A stretch of 64,000 nt of DNA from an uncultured delta proteobacterium. Its GTDB lineage: Bacteria; Desulfobacterota; Desulfobaccia; Desulfobaccales; 0-14-0-80-60-11. Below the pieces are notes generated by a model. The model did no database searches and had not been told where the DNA came from. It saw nothing but the letters and a program-made list of their open reading frames with translations. The stretch is taken from assembly GCA_963812015.1 (NCBI GenBank), contig CAWETI010000002.1, positions 1,088,001-1,152,000 on the forward strand. The letters are read 5' to 3'. Below, piece after piece: positions 31,110-39,878 of this stretch; within the stretch, counting starts at the first letter, position 1; each line of letters begins with the position of its first letter. The translations under genes were made by a program, and so were the position numbers.

Positions 31110-31325
31110 ATGAAGGGACGCTATCTAACCGAATGGCGAAAACGGTGGGGCCTGACCCAAATCAAGCTGGCCCAGGTTTTGGGTGTTGATGTGATGACCG
31201 TCAGTAGATGGGAGCGGGGGGTTCAGGGTCCCACACCCGTTCTTCGCCTGGCCCTGGAGGCCCTGGAACATCGGATAACGAAGGAAGCCGGATACAAGGA
31301 GAAAGACCATGGCGATCTTAGCTGA
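31110..31325 (+). CDS. XRE-family helix-turn-helix regulator (probably leaderless)
   Basis: 'LTEWRKRWGLTQIKLAQVLGVDVMTVSRWERG'; ATG lies 7 nt after the -10 box and has no RBS. Confidence 0.88.
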   Translation: MKGRYLTEWRKRWGLTQIKLAQVLGVDVMTVSRWERGVQGPTPVLRLALEALEHRITKEAGYKEKDHGDLS

Positions 31326-32547
31326 GTGCCCCATATGCCACATGCAGCAGGCAGTCAAGCATCGAAATTGCGTCTGTGGTGAGGACCTGGTGAAGGCCAA
31401 GCGGTTGAAAAAAGTCCGCTACTGGGTCAATTACCGGCTCGCTAATGGGAAACAGCGCCGGGAGGCCGTGGGGTATCTCATTGAGGAGGCCCGGGCCGCA
31501 GAGGGCAAGCGCAAGGCTCAGAAATATGAGAACCCGGTGATCTTGGAAAAGGTACCGGCGGAGAAAATGATCTTTACCGAGCTTGCTGACTGGTATCTTG
31601 AACAGAAATCTATATAGAAACTGTCTTCCTTCAATCGTATAAAGGGAATCCTGGGCAACTTCAATGAAGTTTTTGGCGGCCGGATTGTCAGCAGCACTAA
31701 ATTTCAGGACCTGGAAGAGTACCAGGACAAGCGGGAAGAGGAGGGCCGGGCGCCGGCCACCATTGACATGGAAATCAGCATCGTCAAAACCATGGTGACC
31801 AAGGCATTCGACAATGACCTGGTGGATGGTAGGACGGTGAAGGCATTCCGGCGCGTTAAAAGGAAATTGAGGCGGGGAGCCAATGCCAGACGGCGCACTA
31901 TCACCATTGCTGAATATCTCAAGCTAGTGGAGGTGGCCGCACCGCATCTCAAGAGAATCTTGACGGTTACCTATAACACCGGCATGAGAACGGCCGAAAT
32001 CCTGAGATTGAGATGGTCACATGTCGACCGGGAGAAGTGGGTTATTAGACTACCGGCGGAAATCCCAAAGGGAAAAAAGGCCAAGGTGATTCCTATAAAT
32101 CACCACGTCAAAAATATCCTGGCCAGCCGGCCCCGAGCTATCCACCATGACGCTGTGTTGACATACCAAAACGAGCCTATAGGAACCCTGGGGGGAGTCA
32201 AGAAATCGTTCATCACGGCTTGTGAAAAGGCAGGAATCCTCCAGGGCCAGGACGAACCGGAGGGGATCATATTTCACGACATCTGGCGCACCGTCAAAAC
32301 CAATATGCTAAACGCCGGGGTTGATAAGGTACACCGGGACCTGGTTTTAGGCCACAGCCTTCAAGGAATGGACATCCACTATACGGCCCCCTCAGACGAT
32401 GATCTCCACCGCGCCATGGCAAGATTTACCGAGTGGCTTAATGGTCAACTGCTTTCGGCAAGTGTTGACCAACCCATAAAAAAAGGCGATTATATACTTG
32501 ACAAACCTTCCCCGATGATTTATAGTATATGTAAATCAATTAGGTAA
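31309..32547 (+). pseudogene. Tyrosine recombinase/integrase with N-terminal Cys4 motif, inactivated
   Basis: 31309-31617 and 31768-32547 are in the same frame, separated only by TAG at 31615-17; TGMR, HDIW (HxxR with R replaced by W), LGH, Y motifs; C-terminus hit by IS1595. Confidence 0.88.
32498..32526 (+). promoter_or_regulatory. IS1595 inward-facing promoter (-35 within IRL)
   Basis: TTGACA (32498-503), 17 bp, TATAGT (32521-26). Confidence 0.7.
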
Positions 32548-32560
32548 GGGAATCAAGCCA

Positions 32561-33475
32561 ATGTCCGAAGCCATTTTAGCTAATGAAATCTTCCACAATG
32601 AAGAAAAGGCCGTGGAGTATCTTGAGAGCGTACGCTGGCCCAGCGGCCCTGTTTGCCCCCATTGCGGAAACACTGACAAAATCTATCGGATAAAACAGAA
32701 TAGCGAAAAGAAGATTCGGCATGGCTTGCGGAAATGCGGTCTTTGCAAAAAACAGTTTACCGTCAAAGTCGGCACCCTGTTTGAGAGTAGCCATATTCCC
32801 CTGCACAAATGGCTACAGGCGACCCACCTGCTCTGTTCCTCTAAGAAGGGCATAAGTAGCCATCAACTGCACCGCATGATGGGTATCACTTATAAGAGTG
32901 CTTGGTTTATGACTCACCGTATCCGTGAGGCATTTAAAGATTCTGAGTTTGCCGCTAAATTGGGCGGTAAGGGCAAGATCGTTGAAGTGGATGAAACCTA
33001 TTGGGGAAACATGAACAAAAAACGTCCTGGGGCGCGTGGATATGCTCATAAGGAGAAAATATTCTCCTTGGTTGAGCGAGAAGGTGAGGTCCGCTCCTTC
33101 CATGTTCCGCAAGTCACCGGCAAAACCTTAAAGCCGATCATTCGGGAACAGATCGAAAGAGATACTCACATTATAACCGATGAAATGGGGGCCTATAAGG
33201 ACCTTGACAAAGAGTTTGACAACCATAGCACGGTATGTCATTCTCAAAATGAATATGTCCGTGGACCCATTTACACGAACACAATTGAGAATTATTTCAG
33301 CATCTTAAAGCGTGGCCTAACAGGTGTTTATCAGCATGTTGGTCCCCAACATCTAAAACGATACATAGGAGAATTTGATTTCAGATACAATTTTAGAAAG
33401 ATTACTGACGCAGAGCGCCGGGATATTGCCTTGCAGGGAATTGAGGGAAAACGGTTAATGTATCGGGACTCGTAA
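32561..33475 (+). CDS. IS1595-family transposase
   Basis: Zn ribbon CPHC...CGLC; 'KKGISSHQL', VEVDETY, TDE, NTIE..FS.LKR, EFDFRYN. Confidence 0.95.
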   Translation: MSEAILANEIFHNEEKAVEYLESVRWPSGPVCPHCGNTDKIYRIKQNSEKKIRHGLRKCGLCKKQFTVKVGTLFESSHIPLHKWLQATHLLCSSKKGISSHQLHRMMGITYKSAWFMTHRIREAFKDSEFAAKLGGKGKIVEVDETYWGNMNKKRPGARGYAHKEKIFSLVEREGEVRSFHVPQVTGKTLKPIIREQIERDTHIITDEMGAYKDLDKEFDNHSTVCHSQNEYVRGPIYTNTIENYFSILKRGLTGVYQHVGPQHLKRYIGEFDFRYNFRKITDAERRDIALQGIEGKRLMYRDS

Positions 33476-33507
33476 AGGCCGCTCAGCTCAAAGATGGAGG
33501 GCTGGTA

Positions 33508-34317
33508 ATGGCGGGTATGAAAATAACAATAGAAATGAAAGGAATGCTTGCCGATGAAGGAGAGGTAAGAGTTGAGGATTTTGTCGCTCAAATAGACGCC
33601 TTCTTTGAAGCTTTAAAACAAACAGATCGGATTGTATCCAAAAAGGATAAACCAACTGTATTCTACAGGATTGTTGATTTAAGTCATCATAGTCCGAGTA
33701 CGGTTACATTAGCCGCATTTCCGATAGATTTTGCAGAAGATTATAGTGATGAAACAGTTAGAAAGTTTTTGGCGACATTAAAGGATATTGATAAGAAAGG
33801 GGAAGCTCCCCCTGAGTTTGACTATGAAGCACTAGAGGCATATAAAGGCATATCCAAAAAAATTGATAAAGGTTTGACCCAATTAACAGTTAGTAGTAAT
33901 GGGTATCGCTGTAACATAACACAAGATTATTCTAGTCTCATTCAAATAATTCAAGGCCCTGATGAAGTAGCAAGGGGGTCCATGTCTGGAAGAATTGAGG
34001 CCATTAATTTCCATACCCCTCCATACAGATTTACCCTTTATCCTATTGTCGGTCCTCAGCGGGTTCGGTGTAATTTCCCAACCAAAAAGAAAAATGACGC
34101 AATCTCTGCCATTGACAAATATGTAACTGTATTTGGAATCATAAAATATAGACATAAGGCTATTTATCCATACGAAATTGATATTGATAATATCGAAATA
34201 AATCCCCCTATAGATACAATCCCGAAGTTAGCCGATTTAAAAGGTATTGCTCCAGATTTGACAGGGGGCTTAAGTTCTGAGGAATATATTAGGAAAATGA
34301 GAGAGTTGGATGGATAA
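33508..34317 (+). CDS. Uncharacterised 269-aa protein, candidate large antitoxin/sensor
   Basis: AT-rich passenger gene; beta-rich OB-like middle region; C-terminal 'LADLKGIAPDLTGGLSSEEYIRKMRE'; overlaps the PIN gene. Confidence 0.75.
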   Translation: MAGMKITIEMKGMLADEGEVRVEDFVAQIDAFFEALKQTDRIVSKKDKPTVFYRIVDLSHHSPSTVTLAAFPIDFAEDYSDETVRKFLATLKDIDKKGEAPPEFDYEALEAYKGISKKIDKGLTQLTVSSNGYRCNITQDYSSLIQIIQGPDEVARGSMSGRIEAINFHTPPYRFTLYPIVGPQRVRCNFPTKKKNDAISAIDKYVTVFGIIKYRHKAIYPYEIDIDNIEINPPIDTIPKLADLKGIAPDLTGGLSSEEYIRKMRELDG

Positions 34318-34798
34318 ACCCAGGAGAATATATTGGGATTCCTGTATATTTATCTCTCATATAACCAATGAGAATCGTAAGAATCCGGCAGAAACTTCTG
34401 GAATAAATGATGTAGTCCAAGATGTTGACTCGAATAAGACAATTTTGGTGACATCAGTTGTTTCAAGGGTTGAAATTCTTCGGGATTTTGGGAAAGAGCG
34501 AGATAAATATATCAAGGCTTTAAAAAACATCAATATTCAAGAAATAGAAGTTAATAAAACAATTGCCCAAATGGCTGGAGATATTCGTCATCAATTCCAA
34601 GAAGCAGGGATATATAAATTAAATACACCAGATGCAATCCATTTGGCCACGGCTTTATATGCGGAAGTCGATGAATTTCATACCTTTGATGGTGAAGGCA
34701 AACAACCAGGATTAGTAGATTTATCCGGTCATGAAATAATAAAAGGCTTAATAATTACAAAACCACGATCAAAGCAACCATCTCTTTTTCAGCCATGA
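34310..34798 (+). CDS. PIN-domain (VapC-like) ribonuclease
   Basis: IYWDS, SRVE, PDAIHLATA, TFD: all four acidic PIN positions present. Confidence 0.9.
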   Translation: MDKPRRIYWDSCIFISHITNENRKNPAETSGINDVVQDVDSNKTILVTSVVSRVEILRDFGKERDKYIKALKNINIQEIEVNKTIAQMAGDIRHQFQEAGIYKLNTPDAIHLATALYAEVDEFHTFDGEGKQPGLVDLSGHEIIKGLIITKPRSKQPSLFQP

Positions 34799-34956
34799 AA
34801 AAAGACCAAGAAATAAAAACTAAATCACCCCAGAATGATTTGAGTGACATTCCTTTTGAAGATGTAGTAAAACGCCTTCTTGAAACCCCTCCTAAGAAAC
34901 AATCAGAAATCAAAGCAAAAAAAGTAGAGAAGAAGAAGAACAATGAAAATAGATAA
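34795..34956 (+). CDS. Small basic hypothetical protein (53 aa)
   Basis: MKKDQEIKTKSPQNDLSDIPFEDVVKRLLETPPKKQSEIKAKK...; ATGA overlap with the PIN stop. Confidence 0.5.
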   Translation: MKKDQEIKTKSPQNDLSDIPFEDVVKRLLETPPKKQSEIKAKKVEKKKNNENR

Positions 34957-35143
34957 TTATTTTAAGCCTGCCATCCTTATTCTCGCGGTTATTTTCCTAT
35001 TCATTTTTGGTCTATACGTCTTCAAGGGGAGATATAAACCTATCCTCAATGACTACGCGGTCCTTGATACCTTTACAGGGAATGCCTATACGCTCTCTGG
35101 AGAGAGATTAGAATCAAAGGAACCGCCATCATCGAGGAAATAG
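34943..35143 (+). CDS. Small single-TM membrane protein
   Basis: 66 aa, one hydrophobic helix, then 'VLDTFTGNAY'; inside the IS. Confidence 0.55.
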   Translation: MKIDNYFKPAILILAVIFLFIFGLYVFKGRYKPILNDYAVLDTFTGNAYTLSGERLESKEPPSSRK

Positions 35144-35271
35144 AACATTTCCGATGTACCTCCTTCTCCTATGGACCCGCCGATGAAAAGGTCAAATGTA
35201 AAATAAGGTTCGTCAAGTATATAATCGCCTAAAAAAAGGGCAGCCCACTTAAGCTAACCCATCGATATTAT

Positions 35272-35347
<76 letters not shown>

Positions 35348-35359
35348 TCCCAGGTGTTT

Positions 35360-35388
35360 TGTTTATCCTGACCTCCCCGTTTTGTCAA
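35360..35388 (-). promoter_or_regulatory. Putative tRNA promoter
   Basis: Minus strand TTGACA, 17 bp, TAAACA just upstream of the tRNA. Confidence 0.5.
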
Positions 35389-35647
35389 TACCAAATCGGC
35401 CTTGCCAAATCCGATAAATCCATGGACAATGGCCTCAGGGGGAAAGCCTCATGATTTTGCTGCCTGGGGATGACGGTTGGGACCGTTTTTCGACTGCCGC
35501 GGCCTGAGACCATGGGGATAAAATTATCGTTATCTTAGCCCATTTCACCCAGGGGCCGGGGTTGCCCCGCCGCTCCGGCCACCCGCCTGGGGGCGACAAC
35601 GAGCCGCCGGCCACCTGCATCCGACCCAGGCCATAAGGAAAGCTCCT

Positions 35648-37291
35648 TTGCCGGACCCCTACGTCCTCATCGTCGGTTCTGAAGCCGAGACCCGCCAGGG
35701 ATTGGCCGACATCCTGGCCCGGGCCCCCTATGAGGTGGGTCAGTGCCGGTGGGACCAGTTGGCCGCCACCATCCAGGGCCGATCCCCGGACCTCCTGGTC
35801 CTCCGGGAAGAGGTCGGGGTGCTGCAGCCGTTCATTCGCCGGCTCAAGAATGATGATACCTCCTGGGATCTCCCCATCATCGTGGCCCTGACGGAGTTCT
35901 CCGACATGGCCGCCGCCTGGGCCCTGGAGGTGGGGGCGGACGAGTTCCTGCTCCCCCCCTTCGAGCCCCGGGAGGTCCTGGCCCGGGTGGCGGTGGTCCT
36001 CCGCCTCCAACATGACCGGCGTCTCCTCCTGGCCTCCCACGAGGAGTTCTCCCGGATCTTTACGGAGACCGCATATCCTCTCTTTTTCTGTGACCGGTCG
36101 GGAAACGTCTGCAATCTCAACCCCGCCTTGCGGCGTCTCCTGGGCTATCCCGGGAAACGAGGCGCCCCGGTTCCCGCGCCCCTGGAGGGGTTGCTCTACG
36201 CTTCCGAAGATCGGGAGCGCTTCCGCCGCATCCTCACCCAGCCGGGGGAAGCGCGTCATATGAAGCTCCACCTGGTGAACCGGGCGGGCCAGCCGGTGAC
36301 GGTGTTGATCAGCGATCTGGCCCTTGCCGACCGCCCCAAAGAGGTTTTGAGCTTCCAGGTGCAACCGGTGGGTTCCCCTTCCCCCCTGAAGCGGGCCCTC
36401 CAGGGACTGGTGGAACACCTGCTCCCCAGCGCCCGGGACTATCTGGCCCTGCTGCAGATGACGCCCCTCTTGGGGGGGCGCTACGAGAAAATCAAGAAGC
36501 TGGGACAGGGGAATTTCGGCGAGGTCTGGCTGGTCGTAGACACGGAGGCCATGGACCCGGAGCGGCGCTACGTGGCCAAAATCCCCTTTCTCAAGGCCGC
36601 CAACGCTAAGTTTCGCAAAGAGGCGGCCATCTGCCAGAAGCTCGATTCCCACCCCGGGGTGGCCCGGATGATTGAAACTTTGGAAGACGATGGTAAACTG
36701 ATTATCATTCAGGAATATGTGGAGGGCCCGACCCTGGGGGACCTGTTGGACCAGGAGCTGCCCCGGCCCCTGGTGGAGCGCATCATCCTGCAACTCATCG
36801 ACGTGGTGGCCCACGCCCATAAGAACCGCATCATGCATCGGGACATCAAACCCAACAACATCATCATCCAGCCCAACGGCAATCTGAAGCTGCTGGATTT
36901 CGGGGTGGCCAAGATGCTGGGGGAAAAGGAGATCAGCGCCACCATGGTGGGGTCTCGGCCCTTCATGGCGCCGGAGCAGATCATGGGCCAAAGCGAACGC
37001 CGCAGCGACATCTGGGCCATCGGCGTGCTCATGTATCTCCTGTACACCGGGGAGTTGCCGTTTTACAGCGAAGTGGAGAAACTGCTCATCGACCAGATCC
37101 TGGAACAGGAGCCGGCCCCTCCCCGGGAGGAGAACCCGGAGATTCCCCCGGCCCTGGAGGCCATTATCCTCAAGTGTCTCAAGAAAAAGCTGGAGGAGCG
37201 CTACCCCAGCGCCGTGGCCCTCCGGGATGACCTTTTGCGCCGGTTCCCCCACTACGGCACCCAGACCGGGAGGTGGCCGTGGATCCACTGA
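35648..37291 (+). CDS. Pseudo-receiver + PAS + Hanks-type Ser/Thr protein kinase
   Basis: LGQGNFGEV, VAK, HRDIKPNN, DFG, APE, DIWAIG; N-terminal REC-like and PAS-like regions. Confidence 0.9.
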   Translation: MPDPYVLIVGSEAETRQGLADILARAPYEVGQCRWDQLAATIQGRSPDLLVLREEVGVLQPFIRRLKNDDTSWDLPIIVALTEFSDMAAAWALEVGADEFLLPPFEPREVLARVAVVLRLQHDRRLLLASHEEFSRIFTETAYPLFFCDRSGNVCNLNPALRRLLGYPGKRGAPVPAPLEGLLYASEDRERFRRILTQPGEARHMKLHLVNRAGQPVTVLISDLALADRPKEVLSFQVQPVGSPSPLKRALQGLVEHLLPSARDYLALLQMTPLLGGRYEKIKKLGQGNFGEVWLVVDTEAMDPERRYVAKIPFLKAANAKFRKEAAICQKLDSHPGVARMIETLEDDGKLIIIQEYVEGPTLGDLLDQELPRPLVERIILQLIDVVAHAHKNRIMHRDIKPNNIIIQPNGNLKLLDFGVAKMLGEKEISATMVGSRPFMAPEQIMGQSERRSDIWAIGVLMYLLYTGELPFYSEVEKLLIDQILEQEPAPPREENPEIPPALEAIILKCLKKKLEERYPSAVALRDDLLRRFPHYGTQTGRWPWIH

Positions 37292-38310
37292 CCCATCTGG
37301 CCACCGGGGTGATTTGCTCCCAACTGGTGCCGGCGCCGTCCCGGTGGTGGGCCGCCGCGGCCGGGGCCATCTTCGCGCTGCTGCCGGACGTGGATTACTT
37401 TTTCATCTTTTGGGACCGCCTGGCCTTTATCCGCTATCATCGGGGGTTCACCCACTCCCTGGTGGCCCTGCCCCTCTTTGCCCTGGCCGGGGCCCTGGCG
37501 GGCCGAGCCCTGGGCGGCCCCCGCTGGTTCAAACCCCTGCTCCTTCTGGGGCTGGCGGTCCTCTTGTCCCACCTGCTCCTGGACCTGGCCACCTCCTACG
37601 GCACCCAGGTCCTCAGCCCCTTTTCCCGGCGACGCTTTAGCCTGGATTGGATTTTTATCATCGACCCCTATTTTACCGCCCTGCTGGTGATCGGGGCTTT
37701 AGGGGCCCTGGCTTTACCCCTCTGGGACCCCCGGGTGGGGGCCGGGTGCCTGGCCGCCGCCGCGCTCTATCTCGTGGTCTGCGCCTCCTACCACCACCAG
37801 GCCCTGGCCCTGGCCCGCCAGATATTCCAGGACCCGAAACCCGGGGTGCAGACCGTGGCCGCCCTGCCCCAACCCTTCTCCTGCCGCCGCTGGCACCTCA
37901 TCGCCGCCGACCCGGCGGAAACCCGGCAGGCCTTTGTGCAGCTGCCCTTTGCGGCAGCCCTGGGGCTGGGGGCTTTAAGGGAGGACGCGGCCGTCGTCTC
38001 CCTGCACCCGGCCGGCCAGGCGCCCGCTACGCCGTACCAGACGCCCGGGGGACTGACCATCCAGACCTGGATCCCGGCCCCGGCAACCGCCACGACCTAT
38101 TCGCCGGAGGCTGAGTTCATTTTGGCCAGGTACCTGGAGTTCGCCCGGTTCCCCCTGCTCCGGCGGGCTCAATCCCAGGGGGGAGATCAGTTCCTGGAGT
38201 GGCTGGACCTGCGCTTTTCCGTCCCCGGCCGGGGCCTGCCCTTCGTCCTGCAACTACGTCTGGACCCCCAAGGCAGGCTTCAGCATTGGCTCATCGGACG
38301 CCAAGGCTGA
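37279..38310 (+). CDS. Inner-membrane metal-dependent hydrolase (YdjM-like)
   Basis: DPLTH, LPDVD, HRGFTHS, SHLLLD, SYGT, IIDP. Confidence 0.88.
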   Translation: MDPLTHLATGVICSQLVPAPSRWWAAAAGAIFALLPDVDYFFIFWDRLAFIRYHRGFTHSLVALPLFALAGALAGRALGGPRWFKPLLLLGLAVLLSHLLLDLATSYGTQVLSPFSRRRFSLDWIFIIDPYFTALLVIGALGALALPLWDPRVGAGCLAAAALYLVVCASYHHQALALARQIFQDPKPGVQTVAALPQPFSCRRWHLIAADPAETRQAFVQLPFAAALGLGALREDAAVVSLHPAGQAPATPYQTPGGLTIQTWIPAPATATTYSPEAEFILARYLEFARFPLLRRAQSQGGDQFLEWLDLRFSVPGRGLPFVLQLRLDPQGRLQHWLIGRQG

Positions 38311-38350
38311 GGTAAGCCGACTAATGGTAATTTTTTCATAAGGCGCCGCC

Positions 38351-38668
38351 GTGGACAATCTTTTCGACGCCATTCCCCCTGAAATTCCGGCGGAAATCTT
38401 TCAGGTTCTGCTCGAGACGAATAATTTTCGCCTGGAGCGCATCGTCTCCGCCGGCCAGGCCACGCCCCCGGAAAAATGGTACGACCAGGATACCCATGAG
38501 TGGGTGGTGCTCTTGACCGGCGGCGCCGGCCTGCGCTTTGCGGATGAACCCGAGACCCGGGTGCTGCGCCCCGGAGACTACCTCCTCATCCCGGCCCATC
38601 GCCGCCACCGGGTGGAGTGGACTGACCCCACCCAGTCCACCGTGTGGCTGGCGTTGCATTACCGTTGA
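38351..38668 (+). CDS. Cupin-domain protein
   Basis: 'ERIVSAGQATP', 'WYDQ..HEWV', 'IPAHRRHRVEWT', 'WLALHY'. Confidence 0.88.
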   Translation: MDNLFDAIPPEIPAEIFQVLLETNNFRLERIVSAGQATPPEKWYDQDTHEWVVLLTGGAGLRFADEPETRVLRPGDYLLIPAHRRHRVEWTDPTQSTVWLALHYR

Positions 38669-38868
38669 GCAGCATTCAGCTTGCAGCAGCAACGGTCAGG
38701 GTAGAGTTGGGCTTGAGGCAGGGGGTGGTGTGGGCCAGGCCCACCTTTAGATGAACTTTTCGGGAACGAGGCCGTAAGATTAAATCAGCGCTAAAATCGG
38801 CTCTTATCGTGGTTTATCTCGTGGGAGCCATCACCGGCGTTACGCTGACCCCATGCGTGGCTGAATCT

Positions 38869-39741
38869 ATGGATCGGGAAGTAATTCAGGCAAATCTGCA
38901 GAAACATCTCCACTTCCTGAGCGTCACCCTGGGGGATCGTTCCATCTATCGCCCTGAAAATCTCAAGGCCGCTGCAGATTACGTCCTGCAACGGTTCGCC
39001 GCCATGGGTTATGCGCCCCGGCGCCAGACCTTCACCTATATGGGGGAGGAGGTGGACAATATCATCGCCGGGGACGAGCCCCCCGACGGCTACTACATCC
39101 TGGGGGCCCACTACGACACCGTGGCCGGCACCCCCGGGGCCGACGACAACGCCAGCGCCGTGGCCGTGCTTCTGGAGGTGGCCCGCCTGGCCCGGCACCT
39201 CACGCCGCCTCGGCCCTGGGCCTTCATCGGCTTCACCTGTGAGGAGCCCCCGGCCTTCGCCACCCCCGGCATGGGCTCCCGGGTTTACGCCAAACAGGCC
39301 CGGAAGCAACAAGCCAAGATCCGGGGCATGCTTTGCCTGGAGATGGTGGGATATTACTCCAACGTCCCCGGCAGCCAGTCGATTCCCCTGGCCTTGCGGG
39401 TCCTGGGCTATCCCACCACCGGCAACTTCATCGGTTTGGTGAGCGACCGACGCTCCAAGCCCCTCATGGTGCGTCTGGAGACCGCCATCAAAGGCGGCTG
39501 CCGCCTGCCTGTGGTCACCCTGGCCGTGCCTCTCGGGGGCCACCTCCTGCCGGAAGTGCGTCTGAGCGACCACGCCAATTTTTGGGATGAGGGTTACCCC
39601 GCCATCATGCTCACCGACACCGCGTTCATGCGCAACCCCCACTACCACGGTCCCGGGGATGTCCTGGAAAATCTGGACCTTGCGGCCATGACCGAGTTGA
39701 CCCTGGGTCTGGTGAATTTTGTCCGGCAGGAAGGCCGGTAA
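38869..39741 (+). CDS. M28 family metallopeptidase
   Basis: GAHYDT, PGADDNAS, CEEPP, LEMVG, SDHANF, YH. Confidence 0.9.
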   Translation: MDREVIQANLQKHLHFLSVTLGDRSIYRPENLKAAADYVLQRFAAMGYAPRRQTFTYMGEEVDNIIAGDEPPDGYYILGAHYDTVAGTPGADDNASAVAVLLEVARLARHLTPPRPWAFIGFTCEEPPAFATPGMGSRVYAKQARKQQAKIRGMLCLEMVGYYSNVPGSQSIPLALRVLGYPTTGNFIGLVSDRRSKPLMVRLETAIKGGCRLPVVTLAVPLGGHLLPEVRLSDHANFWDEGYPAIMLTDTAFMRNPHYHGPGDVLENLDLAAMTELTLGLVNFVRQEGR

Positions 39742-39878
39742 GCCGAAAAATGGGCAAAGCCCCTGCGCCCGGGGAATGGATATGATAAAATTGAAAAAAT
39801 TTGCAGGGAGGGGCGGGAAAATTTCTCGTCAGGGATTCCCCCTCCTCAGCACACTAAAGATTAAGGGGCCGAACAGGC

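Larger units (their letters stand above)
32485..35229 (+). mobile_element. IS1595-family (ISNwi-like) insertion sequence with passenger genes, 2745 bp
   Basis: IRL GGCGATTATATACTTGACAAACCTT (32485-32509) vs IRR (35205-35229), 24/25 match; 8-bp TSD TAAAAAAA at 32477-84 and 35230-37. Confidence 0.95.
11750..35271. mobile_element. Decayed genomic island integrated at the tRNA-Phe 3' end (left boundary uncertain, between ~11.7 and ~17.1 kb)
   Basis: Tyrosine integrase next to the tRNA 3' end, IS elements, gene fragments, long non-coding gaps, visibly more AT-rich patches; no attL duplicate found. Confidence 0.5.

Noticed and set aside
31615..31617. Amber readthrough (pyrrolysine) in the integrase
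   Set aside because: No pyl genes in the window, and the gene has a second lesion at the catalytic Arg; pseudogenisation is simpler.
35435..37288. Long antisense ORFs (617 aa here; also 685-1695, 5039-5950, 55402-56409 and others)
   Set aside because: Shadow ORFs opposite well-supported genes, expected in GC-rich DNA; no motifs.
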